Below are positions 20,897 to 32,490 of a stretch of DNA of 64,000 nt, piece by piece. The stretch is from the IMG/VR virus record IMGVR_UViG_3300025073_000048, positions 5,403 through 69,402 of that record. One strand, written 5' to 3'. The DNA comes from a virus. A program made the position numbers and the translations under genes. The notes under the pieces are model-generated. The model was not told the DNA's origin, searched no databases, and was given only the letters and a program-made list of their open reading frames with translations. Position 1 is the first letter of the stretch. Each line of letters opens with the position of its first letter.

Positions 20897-21178
20897 TTAG
20901 GAAGCCTGTTCGTCCTTGATCGCGAGCGCGGCGGTTGCACTGCCACATAGGACAGCCAGTCGCCACGCTTCACTGTTTGCCAGCGCTGTGTTGGCCGAGA
21001 ACTTGGTCGCCAACCCATTCCCTACCGCGTGGTTCGCCACGCCCGCACACAACGCCTCTTTGCTCGGTTGATCGATCGTTCCTGACCCAGCATCGATCAC
21101 GGTCGCCAGTTGCGACCCAGCAGCCGCGTTCGCGCAGCCGCTTTTCAGTCGATCCTTCGCGAATTGCGTGAGCGCCAT
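20897..21178 (-). CDS. Small Ala-rich hypothetical protein
   Basis: 93 aa. Confidence 0.5.
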   Translation of the reverse strand: MALTQFAKDRLKSGCANAAAGSQLATVIDAGSGTIDQPSKEALCAGVANHAVGNGLATKFSANTALANSEAWRLAVLCGSATAALAIKDEQAS

Positions 21179-21188
21179 GGAAGTACCC

Positions 21189-21407
21189 TCACCTGCCTGC
21201 GCAGGAAATTGACGAATGCGAAATCAGCATTGCCTCCCTGACTTTGCGGATCGCATCGGACTGGTCGGCACACTGCGGAGTGTTCTCCAGAATGACCTGG
21301 GCGAACTGTTTGGCCGCGCTGCGTATCGCTTCGTACGGCTTTCGCTGTTCTTCCGTGACCCGGTGATACCGAAACCAGTTGTCCAGTTTTTGTTGGTCGA
21401 TTGCCAA
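21189..21407 (-). CDS. Acb2/Tad1-hairpin-like anti-defence nucleotide sponge
   Basis: NWFRYH...YEAIRSAAK.FA.VI...P...DQSDAIRKVREAM...I pattern of the Acb2/Tad1 helical-hairpin family; TTG start. Confidence 0.6.
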   Translation of the reverse strand: MAIDQQKLDNWFRYHRVTEEQRKPYEAIRSAAKQFAQVILENTPQCADQSDAIRKVREAMLISHSSISCAGR

Positions 21408-21422
21408 TGTTTGGCCCTTCTG

Positions 21423-21458
21423 AAAAAACGGCTACCGAGGGGCGTCCCCGGTAGCCGT
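21423..21458 (-). terminator. Rho-independent terminator after capsid genes
   Basis: ACGGCTACCGGGGACGCCCCTCGGTAGCCGTTTTTT on minus strand. Confidence 0.75.
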
Positions 21459-21500
21459 CCCGTGCGCACGGTCAACCCCGTCTCTCATACGAGCACAGAG

Positions 21501-22139
21501 TTAGTCCTGTGCTACCAGTTCCAGATCCACGAGCAGGTTCGGGGTAGCGCTGCCACCAGTTTGGGCGGTCGTGCTGGCGCTCAATGCACGCCCGATGCGG
21601 TTCAAGATGATCGACACCGCATTGGTCACGTTGGTCGTGGTCGTGAACGGCTGGATGCGACCCGCCGTCGCGGCTTGGCTCGTGGCGGCCGTCAGCGAGG
21701 TCAGGATGTCACCGGCAGTGAACACGCACGTCGCGTCTGCCGCGTTCGACTTCCGCACGAGTGAGGGTCCCTTGACGGCCAGCCAGAACAGATCGTTCGA
21801 CGGAACGCCACTGGAACCAATGAACTCATCCACGACCCCCGCGATTTCCTGGTGATCGAGCGTGCAGTACCCGGCCACTCGCTTGTTGCGATAGCCGGAT
21901 GCCCACGTGACGACCGCCTTCGAAGCCAGCGCGATGCCCGAGGCATTGCGCACGAGCATCATCAGGACGCGCTTCTGCGAACGCAGTACGTTGAGTCCCG
22001 TCACCGTGGAGTCGCGATCGCTGAACCACTTCGCGATGCCTTCCAGCTTGGAAGCCTGACCTGTCGAAGAAAGAGTGCGGCCCGCGCCGCTCAAAAGAGT
22101 CTGCCCACGTCCGGGCAGTCCCGCAACATTGTCTGCCAT
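21501..22139 (-). CDS. Capsid decoration/cement protein
   Basis: 212 aa right after MCP; GVVD...FWLAVKGP pattern. Confidence 0.6.
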   Translation of the reverse strand: MADNVAGLPGRGQTLLSGAGRTLSSTGQASKLEGIAKWFSDRDSTVTGLNVLRSQKRVLMMLVRNASGIALASKAVVTWASGYRNKRVAGYCTLDHQEIAGVVDEFIGSSGVPSNDLFWLAVKGPSLVRKSNAADATCVFTAGDILTSLTAATSQAATAGRIQPFTTTTNVTNAVSIILNRIGRALSASTTAQTGGSATPNLLVDLELVAQD

Positions 22140-22254
22140 GATTCGTTATCCCCTGAACAATTCACTAAGGAAAGTTGGGTGTATTCACTACTGCGTTGCG
22201 GCGCCGGACTGGAACTTGCGCGCCAGCCCGGCGCCTTCCACAGGTTGTTTGCGC

Positions 22255-23367
22255 TTACGCGAAGTTGTAGAGCTTGGCGATGTGCTTTGGGCTGTAGCTC
22301 ACGTTCCCGAAAAAGCCCACACCCCAGAGCCACGACCACAGTGTGCGCGGGTCCTTGTCGGGACCTTCCATCCAGAACAGTTCCGGCATGAGGCTGGAGA
22401 TCGTCACGTGCGCCGTGTTCTGCACGTAGCCAGTGTTGGCCGGGCAGTCAAAGTCGCTGGTGATGGCTGTTCCGTCCTGGTTGAGCACGTTGGCGAAGCC
22501 GAGATCGTTGGCGCCCTTATGCGGCACGGTGATGCGGCGAATCGCTTCCTCGTGGTTCTTGTAGCCGGTGAACAGGTTGGGCGCGAGCAAGCACACATCG
22601 GGCATGCCGTCTTCACCACCCGTGGTCGTGAGCCACGCAATCGCCTGCGAGATCGCTCGCCAGCAGTTCGCTTCCCACGTCGTGGCGCCTGTGCCCCAGT
22701 TGGACGAGGACCAGTTGACGAGCTTCGGCGAGTTGAAGTCGTACTCGGCCGAACCTTGGCCGTGCGGCCAGTCGGTCGCGACGGTCGCATTCGGGGGAGT
22801 CGTCAAGGCGGCGGACCATGAACCCCCGTACGTGCCAAGGGCGGTGGACAGCGAATCCAGACCGTACGTGTCGGACGGTTGGGCGAGGATATCCGTCGCC
22901 GCGACGGTCCCGGCACCCAGAAACGTCTCCAATCCGTGGATGCAGTTCTCGCGTCCCGTTGCATCGCCGTCCTTGAACAGCTCACCGCTGAAGTTGTCGC
23001 GGATCGACTTCGTCAGGCGGTTGCTCTTGGTCTGGAACAGGTTGATCAGGGCTTCCTGACCGCTGTTCATCGCTTTCTGCTTCTTGGTCAGCGTGTCGGT
23101 GGCGACATACCCGCGCCAATCGATGCGCACCTTGCGGAACGCGTCATGGTTCGAGAAGTCGATCACACCACCGTCACTATACGACTCGACCGGAGGCTGC
23201 GAATATTCGAGCTGCCACTGGCACTCGTCGCCGCTCTGGTTGTAGAGAATGCGACCTTTCTGACGGTAGCGAGCCAGCAGATACCGGCTGCGCATGGTGA
23301 GGTCGGATGCGCCCTTCATGTACTTGGGGCGCGTTGTGTTGGCTATGCCAACCCATTCGTCGGACAT
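22255..23367 (-). CDS. Major capsid protein
   Basis: 370 aa after scaffold; ELFKDGD...IHGLETF and LGFANV motifs typical of HK97-fold MCPs. Confidence 0.8.
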   Translation of the reverse strand: MSDEWVGIANTTRPKYMKGASDLTMRSRYLLARYRQKGRILYNQSGDECQWQLEYSQPPVESYSDGGVIDFSNHDAFRKVRIDWRGYVATDTLTKKQKAMNSGQEALINLFQTKSNRLTKSIRDNFSGELFKDGDATGRENCIHGLETFLGAGTVAATDILAQPSDTYGLDSLSTALGTYGGSWSAALTTPPNATVATDWPHGQGSAEYDFNSPKLVNWSSSNWGTGATTWEANCWRAISQAIAWLTTTGGEDGMPDVCLLAPNLFTGYKNHEEAIRRITVPHKGANDLGFANVLNQDGTAITSDFDCPANTGYVQNTAHVTISSLMPELFWMEGPDKDPRTLWSWLWGVGFFGNVSYSPKHIAKLYNFA

Positions 23368-23380
23368 GTTTCACCTCTGT

Positions 23381-24625
23381 TTAACGTGGGCCCAAGCCTT
23401 GGGCGGTACGAAATTCGGAGACGAACATGTTGTTCAGGTCGTTCTCGCTGACACTCACGGGATGCTCAGGCGCGTGGGCGCTTGCCCCGCCTGCCTGGGG
23501 CGAATGCGATGCTCGTTGCAGGGCGTTCTGCAAAAAGGTCGCCTGCTGATTCGCACTCGCCACTTGGGGAGGAATGGCAGGCTGTGGCACAGATGGGGCT
23601 GCTGAAACCATCTGTGCCGGAACAGCCTGCATGGTCGGTACTTGCTGCGTCATGCCTTGCGCCTGTGGCTGGCCGAGTCTTCGCATGGCCAGCGAAATGA
23701 GTCGGGTCGGATCGGTGACGCCCGCTTCCCGCAGGGTATCGATCTCGTCGTAGAAATCCTGACCCTTAGCAGTCAGTATGCGCTGTCCTGTGGCGGGATC
23801 GACCGCGTAAAGCCACGCCGCATTCTCGGCCTCGAACGTGTTGACACGCTGCTCCGTTGCCTGCTGAGCGAGCTGCTCGGCAACGATCTGCTGCATGTCG
23901 GTTTTCCACGCTCGCTGGAGCGGCTCCCGCAGAACGTCGTAGAACTGTCGGTACGGGTTGCCGCGCGTGATCCCTTGCCACTGCTGAGCGGTCCAGCTCG
24001 CGGCCTTGTTCAGACCCGGCAGCAACTCCATCACCATGCCTTCGAAGCCGGGAGTCGCTTCGTACAGGCCGGTCTCGGCGTTGCGCTGGACGATTCCCTG
24101 CTGGATCGCGAAGTTGAACGATTCGTCCCACTTCGGCGCCGCCCATTTCTGGGTGAAGTAGTCTTCCTCGGTCCACTTGTCCTGGGCGGCGGGTTCCTGG
24201 GCGGCTTGCTGGGCCCGACCCTGATCGGCCTGCTGTTCGAAGTAGGAGCGGATCTGGTCCGCGTAGGGCGCCATCTGTTGCCCGTACTGGACATAGGGAC
24301 GCGTGCGCTGGATGTGCTGAGCCATCGCACCGGCGATCTGCTCGTCATTCAATCCATCGACCTGAATCCCCGCTTCCTGAGCGGCACGTGCGAATGCGCT
24401 GGGCTGCGCAGGCTGCTGTGGTGTCGCTTGTGTCGGCGGAACTGCGACAGGCTGAGCCTGCGTCTGGGTGGGCGGCTCCGCTTGTATCGGCGCCGCTGGC
24501 GCGACGGGCTCCGGCTGTGGTACTACGGGTTGCGCAGCTTGATTGGCTGCCGCCATCGCGTCGGTAAACGCGGATCGGAAGTCTTCCGCTACTTCGTTGT
24601 TTTCGATTGGCATCGCAGAATCCAT
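23381..24625 (-). CDS. Capsid scaffolding protein
   Basis: 414 aa Q/A/P-rich, immediately upstream of MCP. Confidence 0.65.
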   Translation of the reverse strand: MDSAMPIENNEVAEDFRSAFTDAMAAANQAAQPVVPQPEPVAPAAPIQAEPPTQTQAQPVAVPPTQATPQQPAQPSAFARAAQEAGIQVDGLNDEQIAGAMAQHIQRTRPYVQYGQQMAPYADQIRSYFEQQADQGRAQQAAQEPAAQDKWTEEDYFTQKWAAPKWDESFNFAIQQGIVQRNAETGLYEATPGFEGMVMELLPGLNKAASWTAQQWQGITRGNPYRQFYDVLREPLQRAWKTDMQQIVAEQLAQQATEQRVNTFEAENAAWLYAVDPATGQRILTAKGQDFYDEIDTLREAGVTDPTRLISLAMRRLGQPQAQGMTQQVPTMQAVPAQMVSAAPSVPQPAIPPQVASANQQATFLQNALQRASHSPQAGGASAHAPEHPVSVSENDLNNMFVSEFRTAQGLGPR

Positions 24626-24689
24626 GTTCGGTTCGGGGTTGTTCGTGGCCTGCTGTTACAAGTCATACTCACCGAGAACCGAACAGGCT

Positions 24690-24718
24690 TTGACGTTTCT
24701 CCTGATACCGTATAGAGT
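24690..24718 (+). promoter_or_regulatory. Sigma70-like promoter
   Basis: TTGACG-N17-TAGAGT upstream of 24755. Confidence 0.55.
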
Positions 24719-24754
24719 TGCGCAAAGTGGGACCACGTCATTTGAGGCTGCAGA

Positions 24755-24979
24755 ATGATCAATCCTCTGAAAGAAAAAGTGATGCCCTTGAGTAGGCTCG
24801 GGCGTCATTTGCCCGAATCGCCCAAGTACACCACGCTCATGGATTGGTGCAAACGCGGTCGCGTCAATTGGTCCACGCGCCGACGTGTCAAGCTGGAGTG
24901 CATCACCTTGCCGAGTGGCATCTCCTCATCACTCGAAGCCTATCTTCGCTTCATCACGAAGCTCAACGAGCGCGGATAA
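24755..24979 (+). CDS. DUF1580-like winged-HTH (excisionase/RDF-like)
   Basis: LGRHLP..P.YTTL.DWC.RG...VKLE...SSLEAYLRF resembles the planctomycete DUF1580 family. Confidence 0.6.
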   Translation: MINPLKEKVMPLSRLGRHLPESPKYTTLMDWCKRGRVNWSTRRRVKLECITLPSGISSSLEAYLRFITKLNERG

Positions 24980-25069
24980 CTCTTTACAGCATGGCGGAAG
25001 TTTCCTACATTGGACGACTGGTTCACCACCATTTCTGTCCAATCCAAGACCGTTCCAGGAGGAACCGCC

Positions 25070-25939
25070 ATGCAAACATTGTCACGGCGTCCAATGGCGT
25101 TCGGGTACGCCCGCGTCAGCGACATGAAGCAAATCCAGCAGAACGACAGCGTCCCGATTCAGCAGGACCGCATCGAGTCGTACTACAAATTCAAGCTCGC
25201 GCCGAAGGGGGTCGACTTCGGGGGAATCGAGTGGGACCCCTGGGGCGTATCGGCTTTCAAGCAACCCTTTCATCGGCGTGAAGCGGCCAAGCGCCTGATG
25301 AGCATCATGCAGCCGGGCGATCATATGATCGTCGACAAGATCGATCGCTTAACACGCCGCATTCGCGATCTGTATTCCGTCACCGACTGGATGGAAAAGC
25401 ACCAAATCTCCCTGCACGTCTGCACGTTCCTGGGAACGGACATGGATTTCTCGACTCCCGTTGGTGCGCTCATCTTCGGTGTGTTCGGGCTGTTGGCTGA
25501 CTTCGAGTCGAAACAGATCTCCGAGCGGCAGAACACGCACAATTCTGCCTGCCGCGCCAAGGGACTGTGCATCAGCAAGTACCCGGCGCCCGGCACGGAG
25601 TATTACTGGAAGAAAGGCCAGGACGGCAAGAAACGCCGCTATGCCAAGTGGTCCGCCACTGATCGCGCCATCATGGCTGAGCTGGTCATCTTGCGTGAGC
25701 AGGCGCATCTGAGTTGGGATGAGATCTCCGACACGATCGAGATTCACCTCGCGCAGCAGAATGGGAGGCAGTTCAAGAAGTCGGCGTTTTACCAACGTCG
25801 CTGGCCAAGGGAAAAATGTAGACGCGCCTATGTCGTCGAGAAATACTACCAGGATCACAACATCCGCGACGTGACGGAGATCCCTGCTTCTCTCGGAATC
25901 TTGGCTGACAAGCACGCGAAGGCCAATCACTACAAGTGA
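25070..25939 (+). CDS. Small serine recombinase (resolvase/invertase family)
   Basis: GYARVS catalytic motif, IVDKIDRLTR, ADFESKQISER; SD AGGAGG before ATG 25070. Confidence 0.85.
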   Translation: MQTLSRRPMAFGYARVSDMKQIQQNDSVPIQQDRIESYYKFKLAPKGVDFGGIEWDPWGVSAFKQPFHRREAAKRLMSIMQPGDHMIVDKIDRLTRRIRDLYSVTDWMEKHQISLHVCTFLGTDMDFSTPVGALIFGVFGLLADFESKQISERQNTHNSACRAKGLCISKYPAPGTEYYWKKGQDGKKRRYAKWSATDRAIMAELVILREQAHLSWDEISDTIEIHLAQQNGRQFKKSAFYQRRWPREKCRRAYVVEKYYQDHNIRDVTEIPASLGILADKHAKANHYK

Positions 25940-25966
25940 GCTTCTCTCAAGTCGCCGACGCAACAC

Positions 25967-25993
25967 AAAAGGCCCGCCATTGAGCGGGCCTTT
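25967..25993. terminator. Bidirectional terminator
   Basis: AAAA-GGCCCGC-cattga-GCGGGCC-TTT between convergent genes. Confidence 0.75.
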
Positions 25994-26032
25994 CTCTTTG
26001 GTCCAACGATGCACACGACACAACGAGCGTCC

Positions 26033-26743
26033 CTACGTCTTAGGAACGAACCTGATCGACTCGGGAATGACGAGTGTCTGATTGATGAAGTCGGCTTGAA
26101 GATGGCCGACCACTATGTCATCCGCCATCTCGTGACAACCATTAAACCACTCGCCAATGTTGCCACTTGTGCCAACTGCGGCGTGCATGGATCGAACGTC
26201 GAATCCTTTCTCGCGAAACACCTCCACGCTGTTGTGCTCTTTGCGCGGGCACGCGTCCTGCTTGACATCCACGTCGCAACTCTCCCATGAACGCTTGAAT
26301 CGTTCCCAATGTTTGTGCTGAGTGACATCCACTCCGAACACGGTAAACATAATCCGCGCCGCCGCACGGTTGGCCTGCTCATGCGACACGCCCTCATCCT
26401 GCATCGGCATGGCGAGATTGCAGTGCCACGACCACGCGCAATCCATGTCGGCTTTCAGGTGTGCCACCAACTCACGCAGCGGGAACGACACGTGAGGTGC
26501 GGGACATTCCGGCGATTCGTAGACCTCCTCTGGCTGCTTCAAGTCCTCGCCGTTCAGTTTCTCCAGCAGTGCCTTGTAGGGCATCTGCACTTCGAACATC
26601 GGGTACGCATCATTCGACCAGATCCAACAAGTCTCGTCAGGCGTATTCCCAGGCTTCACAATGTCGATCATCGTCGTGTCGATCGCCTGCGTTTCGAAGT
26701 CGGAGTTTCCCACCATCTTCGCTTTCAATTCAATCCACATCAT
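26033..26743 (-). CDS. Hypothetical phage protein
   Basis: 236 aa, AWSWHCNLAM motif. Confidence 0.55.
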   Translation of the reverse strand: MMWIELKAKMVGNSDFETQAIDTTMIDIVKPGNTPDETCWIWSNDAYPMFEVQMPYKALLEKLNGEDLKQPEEVYESPECPAPHVSFPLRELVAHLKADMDCAWSWHCNLAMPMQDEGVSHEQANRAAARIMFTVFGVDVTQHKHWERFKRSWESCDVDVKQDACPRKEHNSVEVFREKGFDVRSMHAAVGTSGNIGEWFNGCHEMADDIVVGHLQADFINQTLVIPESIRFVPKT

Positions 26744-29393
26744 TCATCTCCCCAGAAAAGTCGCTTCTCGCACGCGCGCACGCATTGCACGTCGCATTGT
26801 ACCGGCGAATGTCGTGAGACGATTGCTCAACGTGTCTCATGTGTCCGCATCGCTTGCACACTGTCAACGCTGCGAAGTTGCGAAGGTGCTCGACGATCAC
26901 TCGCCTATCGAATAGGCTGACAGCCGCGTCCTCCGCACGAAACACATACCCGCAACGCTCGCAGATCACGTGAGCACCTCGGCTTCCATTAGGGTCGCCA
27001 TGACGCGTCTGGAACCATTGCACTCATCGACGCGATACAACGCTCCCTCGTAGATCACGCCGACTGTGTCGCGTGACCCAAGCACAGCGTGCATGATTCG
27101 CATCACTTCCTGCCACGATTCACGCGCAGCCGAATCGGCACGTGTCGCCTCCGCACGTTTTTCTGCATGCGCCACATCGGCAGCCTTCGCGGCAATGATC
27201 GCTTCCTTGATTTTCTCGTGACCGTTCATCCGATTCGCTCCCATGTCAAACACAAACGCCCTATGACCGCAGTCGAGATACAGCACTTGTTCCTCACAGA
27301 TCAATCACGCTAGTCGTCATCTCAATGCGTGCGGCAATCGCCCGCATGCGTTCAACATATGTCGTCAACTCGGAACCAAGTGGGCTTTGATTACCACGAC
27401 GCGGAACGTCTGGCGATGCCTCACACGGACTGCACAAAGTGATTGACGACAACCGCTCCTGCAATGCTGTGAGCGCTGCATCCAGCCTGCATAATTCCTT
27501 ATCCATTGCTTCCGCCACCAATGCGATGCTGGCGTGTTCAATGTCGACGTTTCCTTTGACTGGGTGGTTGCGATTACTTTCGTTCTTCTTCATGTCAGTT
27601 TCCCTCCATAATGCGAATGTTGTTTTCTTCCCACGGACTAGGATCGTCCCGGCGTCCATCTTCCATCGGGCACCCGCTTCCTGACGGGAATGTCTTCGCA
27701 GGTGCTGTATTGATCACTCCGCGAAAGAGTTCATTGGCACACTCGCGGCAGTATACCCACTCTGCGCGGCTGGCTACGATTCCGTACCTTTCCTCTTCCA
27801 AGTGACGCGCGGTATTGTCGTAGATGTCACCACATGCTTTACACTTCACATTCAGTTTCCCATCGCTCCATAGGTGACAAAATTCAGCCACTGGTTGTGC
27901 ACACGCTTCACCAAGCGCTCCACCACATCGCGATACGCGTTCTCTCCTTCCTTTGCAAACACGTAACCAGGAATGATCTCCGTGCCAACAAACGGCCACT
28001 CAAGCGCAAACAACCCCGTTTTCGTCACGTTGATGATCAGCTCGCGCTGCAGTTCGCTGTTCGCAATATCGACGTGATACCGCTGCCCTTCGTAAGGCAC
28101 GATCGCTGTGCTGTGGTGGGTGTTCTCCATGCTACGCCGGTACATGTGGGACAGTTTCGAATCATCCATCGCGGTCATACCTTTCGCTCGCACCTCACTC
28201 ACGCACATTCGTTCACGTCGAACGCCGTAACGCTGTCACCGCACACGTACACTCCTTGATTTGTCTTGAGCCATGTTTGTGGATCACTGACGATCTCGTG
28301 TGTTGAGGAAAGGAAATCACACGACAGCACATATGCACATCTGCCGTCAGCCCGCGCCAACGCTGAGTGCAACTCCAGATTGGATTTCACATCCATAAGC
28401 GATGCTACGGCCGCCCTCAGTGTCTGACTCCACCCACGGCTACTTCCGTGCATGTCGAACGCTGCGTACTTCGTGATGATCGGACACTTGATCTGGAGGC
28501 CCCCATCAGCACATGTCATACCTTCGTCACTCCATGACATTTTGATGTGATTCGGAGCCCCAGGCATCTCCACGTATCCGCTCCAAGGATACTTCGGCGT
28601 GTCGTTCGGTTCCGGCACACGACCCCACACCACCGCCTTGCATCCATTCACGCACTCGAACTCACCCGGTTTCATCCAGCTCATTGTTTGGCCCTTTATC
28701 TCGACAGTCCACACTCCATCCAGCCAGCACGTGCATCCTGCCATGTGACGCTCCCTCACTTCGGCAGCGACGTAAAGCTCAGCCGAAACGATCCATCCTC
28801 GAACGTCTCCAGCGTCCCATGACAGTCGCGCGTCTGATCCTCCAGCATCGCGAACACTTCATCCTTGGCCCACGTCTCAAACGACTTCGCGAACTCACCT
28901 CCACACTGATTCGCTTTCACCTTGCCATACTCGATCACCGTCCAACTGACATTACGTGCTTCGCTCATTACTCGTTCGTCCCTTCAGTGCGAACTGTCCT
29001 CGATACGCTCGAACAAACCGCTAATCATCTTCGACACACGCTGGTTGTACTCACGGAGAAAGTCGGCGGACTTCATTCCGGCCTCCACCGTCATCACGTC
29101 GGACGACATGACCTGCAGGTGCGTGTCGTTCAGCACGATGACCAACTTGCTGGTCCCTGCCTCCAACTCCGCTCGCAATACAAACCGGCTGCCTACTGCG
29201 CTCATTGCTTGTCGTTTCCTTCCCACTCCGTGCACCCAAACGACTGGTGCGTCAACAGTGGGTACTTCGTTTCGAACGCCACCTTGGGCTCGCGCGTGTG
29301 CCGCCTTCCATTGAGCAACACGCACACGCGAAAGTCGCGATCGATACACCCCATGTGATCCATCCAATGACGACACGTCTCACAAGTATTCAT
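26730..29393 (-). other. Run of about 9 small, tightly coupled accessory CDSs, several with CxxC motifs
   Basis: ORFs ending at 26730, 26966, 27294, 27595, 27852, 28199, 28756, 28984 and 29202 with stop/start overlaps; no recognisable domains. Confidence 0.55.
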
Positions 29394-30416
29394 CGTCTCA
29401 CCACTCCCCTACCAAAAAACCGCGCCGCCCATGTCATCCCAGAGCGGCGCGGCACATAAGGTTCTGGGCATCTAGTCACACGCACACCGGAGGCGCCCTC
29501 GCACGCGGATGATCGTGCCTCCACTTCGGCTTTACAGTGGCAGTGGTGCCGAACGTCGCTACACCACCCGCCTTCACGCGCGTCACTAAGGGTATCAGCA
29601 CACTCAGAGCCGCGCGCCGTCCATACCGCACACGCAGCTCCGACTCAATCTGCCTCAACAACTCCACCGCGAACACGCACGCATGCGACCAATCAAAACC
29701 AACGCCTTCCATATCACAACGCGAGAGGACATCGAACGTCATCGCGAGATCCTCACAGAACTGCGAGTGCGACAGAATGCGTGTCTCATTCGATGATTGC
29801 GACTTGTGCAGGCTCACTCGCTGAGTCTCCCTCCTCATGACACTGACACTCACTTGTCACAAGAGGGCCGACCTGATCGCACACTGGTGAAAGGAATCCA
29901 ATAGACAGCATGCGACCCGGTCGCGTTGGATCACCACGCTGGCCAGCACGATGATCACCCTCCGTCACAAGGCGGCTCAAAAGAAAAACGCGTGACGGCG
30001 GCACATGATTCACCACCCCCGTCACGCGCCCAAGACCTCAGGGACCCACCAGTCCCGTCCCTCATTAAGGCAGCAACCTACCACATCACCAAGAATGTCG
30101 TCAAGTTCCGACATTCCCCAACCCACCCCCCCGATGCCTTAATAAAGCGGCATAAATTATTCCAAAAATTATTCTTCCCCTACGGCCGCAACGACTTACG
30201 ACACGTGCGAATACTTTTCCGCCCGCCAGGATGTTGCACGAGCGACAACACGTGCTAAATTCAACCTCAGCACACTGGCCAGCCAGTTAGTGCCGCCGCC
30301 CTCAGGGCTGAGTTCTCCTGCGGTCTTCTCAACCGCCCCACGCTGGACGCTTTCCAAACAGACTCTGTCTGCCGAACCAAGGCCAGTCGCAAGCCTTTCT
30401 CCTAAAGCGTGGTGTC

Positions 30417-30701
30417 ATGCCGAAAGACACGTGGGCCAACGCACGATTGAACGAAGCCGCCTGGAAGGTGACGGTCCTCGATCGCAAAACATCACGCGAA
30501 CTCCGCGCCCGCAACCACTTCGCCATCAAACGTCTGCAGTCACCATCCACCAAGCTCTGGTTCGGCAAGTATCGCGGTCAAACCGTCGAAGCCATCCAGC
30601 ACAAGGACCCCTCCTACCTGCAGTGGCTGTCCAAGCAAAACGTCTCCGACAGCGACTGGAAACTCCAAACACTCGTTGCGTATCTCAAACGTCTGACATA
30701 G
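30417..30701 (+). CDS. Small protein with FGKY-G...YLxWL motif (ExoX C-terminal/DUF3820-like)
   Basis: LWFGKYRGQTV...DPSYLQWL. Confidence 0.6.
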   Translation: MPKDTWANARLNEAAWKVTVLDRKTSRELRARNHFAIKRLQSPSTKLWFGKYRGQTVEAIQHKDPSYLQWLSKQNVSDSDWKLQTLVAYLKRLT

Positions 30702-31890
30702 CCCCCTGATGGGCAAGCCGGTGCAGCCCGGTGCATGGGAGGGGATGAAGCCCCCGCTACAACCAACAAAACTGCATGAAATTCGGTAGCCACCCAAAAC
30801 GGCACGAACCGCTCCTGTGAATCACAATCGCGAACTCCGGGGCGGATAGGGGAATTTCAGTCTTCCCACAGGACTCCTGACGAGTGGGTCCTGTGGGAGG
30901 GGTTTGGGGAGGGTGCCTCCTAGCGAAGCGATCCCACCGTCCCCCCTTCTTAGCGCGCAGCTCAATACGCCCTCCAACAAAGACCGAGCAGCGACCGAGC
31001 AACTCCCACCGGCCGCCCAGTGCCGACCAAGCCCGACCCCTCCCAAAGACTCGGACCCCATCGCGACAAACACGTGCACCAACGGAGCGCCGCCCAACAC
31101 CTCGAGCGCCAGCAACCGTCCGAGCAACTCCCGCCGAGGGCACATCGGGAAACCGCGAGAAACCCTGGAAATACCCCGAGAAACCGCGATCACACCTCAC
31201 CGCGACACCCCGCCCAAGACAACAGCACTTGGATAGTGCAGTCGCGAACTGGCTTAGGTGGTAAAATAGGAAAATTCCCGGTGAGGAAGGTAACTCAAGA
31301 TCGCGTTGGCGGAGGGGACTACCCCCGCCATGCTGTTAGGCATCGGACGCAACCCCATACACCACAACAGTTTACGTCAACGCGTACGGATCGGTTGATT
31401 CGTGAGGCCCTAAAACCCCACTAAAAGCGGCAAGAATGACCCCTTTTACCCTGCCATAGGGGGAGATTTGTAGCTAGGTAGGGTGGCTAGTGTACCACAC
31501 TGGGGTAGGTAGTACGCTGCGGTGTCGGGTGTCGTACTACCACCTGCACTGGTGCCACAGATTGCGCGGTCAGTCCGCGCGACCCCTTGACTTTTGTCGA
31601 GACATTCCGATATCGATGCTAAGCCGTTATCCTTCAAGGGGTTCGGTCGATTCTCGGAAGTGGCCGTTCCAAGGTGTCCAGTAGGTCGACCCGATTCGAC
31701 CGTTTTTCCTGGAAATCGTGTAACTCGTTGCGGCCGTTGCGGTTCAGATCGATTCCGATGGTTCGGTGCGGAAACCCGCATTGTTTCGGAAAGACCCGAC
31801 GGCCGATGATGGTTCACGTCGGCGAGGAACGCCTCGAATGTTTCGAGCGGCTCGACCGACACGCCTTTCTCACACTGGGAGTCTCTCATT

Positions 31891-32490
31891 ATGGCTAACG
31901 CCACCACAACTGCCCCCGCCACCCGTCAGGTTCTATCCGCTCAGCACACTGCGGCCGACGTACGCAAGTTCTTGGACAACGGCCAGACCGATCTGGACTC
32001 GGTAGTCACATGGGCGACTGATACGCGACTGGAGGCGCCCGAGGTGTACATGACCTTCGGCAAGGTGTTTGACGAAGCCACTATGTCGGCGGTCATTTCC
32101 GCCCAGACGGCTATGGCAGTTGCTATGGCAGTTGCTACGGCAGTTGCCGCCGTCAAGCAATCGTCGGGTGGGGGAACTATCACCTGGAAAGTATCCAAAC
32201 GTGGCCTGATATCGGTGTACGGGCTGAATGCACGATACCCGGTTAGTTTGTACCTCCCCCAGTTGCGGAGGTACGCTGCGGCCGTTCTCGGAGTGGAGGG
32301 GCCCGCCTTCGACAAGAGCCCCGTCGGCAAGTGGGTGGCTAGCCACCCTGTCGGTACGTTCGCAACGGACGACTATGAATCCGAGTCTGACAAGGTGTGG
32401 CTACAGGATGCCCGCAATGGGAAGCATGTTCACGTAGTCGTACGGGGCGACGCTGTGGCGGTATCCCTGTCGCTAGCTGCGGCCGAGTAG
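31891..32490 (+). CDS. Hypothetical phage protein
   Basis: 199 aa; KVSKRGLISVYGL..YPVSLY motif; SD GGGAG upstream. Confidence 0.55.
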   Translation: MANATTTAPATRQVLSAQHTAADVRKFLDNGQTDLDSVVTWATDTRLEAPEVYMTFGKVFDEATMSAVISAQTAMAVAMAVATAVAAVKQSSGGGTITWKVSKRGLISVYGLNARYPVSLYLPQLRRYAAAVLGVEGPAFDKSPVGKWVASHPVGTFATDDYESESDKVWLQDARNGKHVHVVVRGDAVAVSLSLAAAE

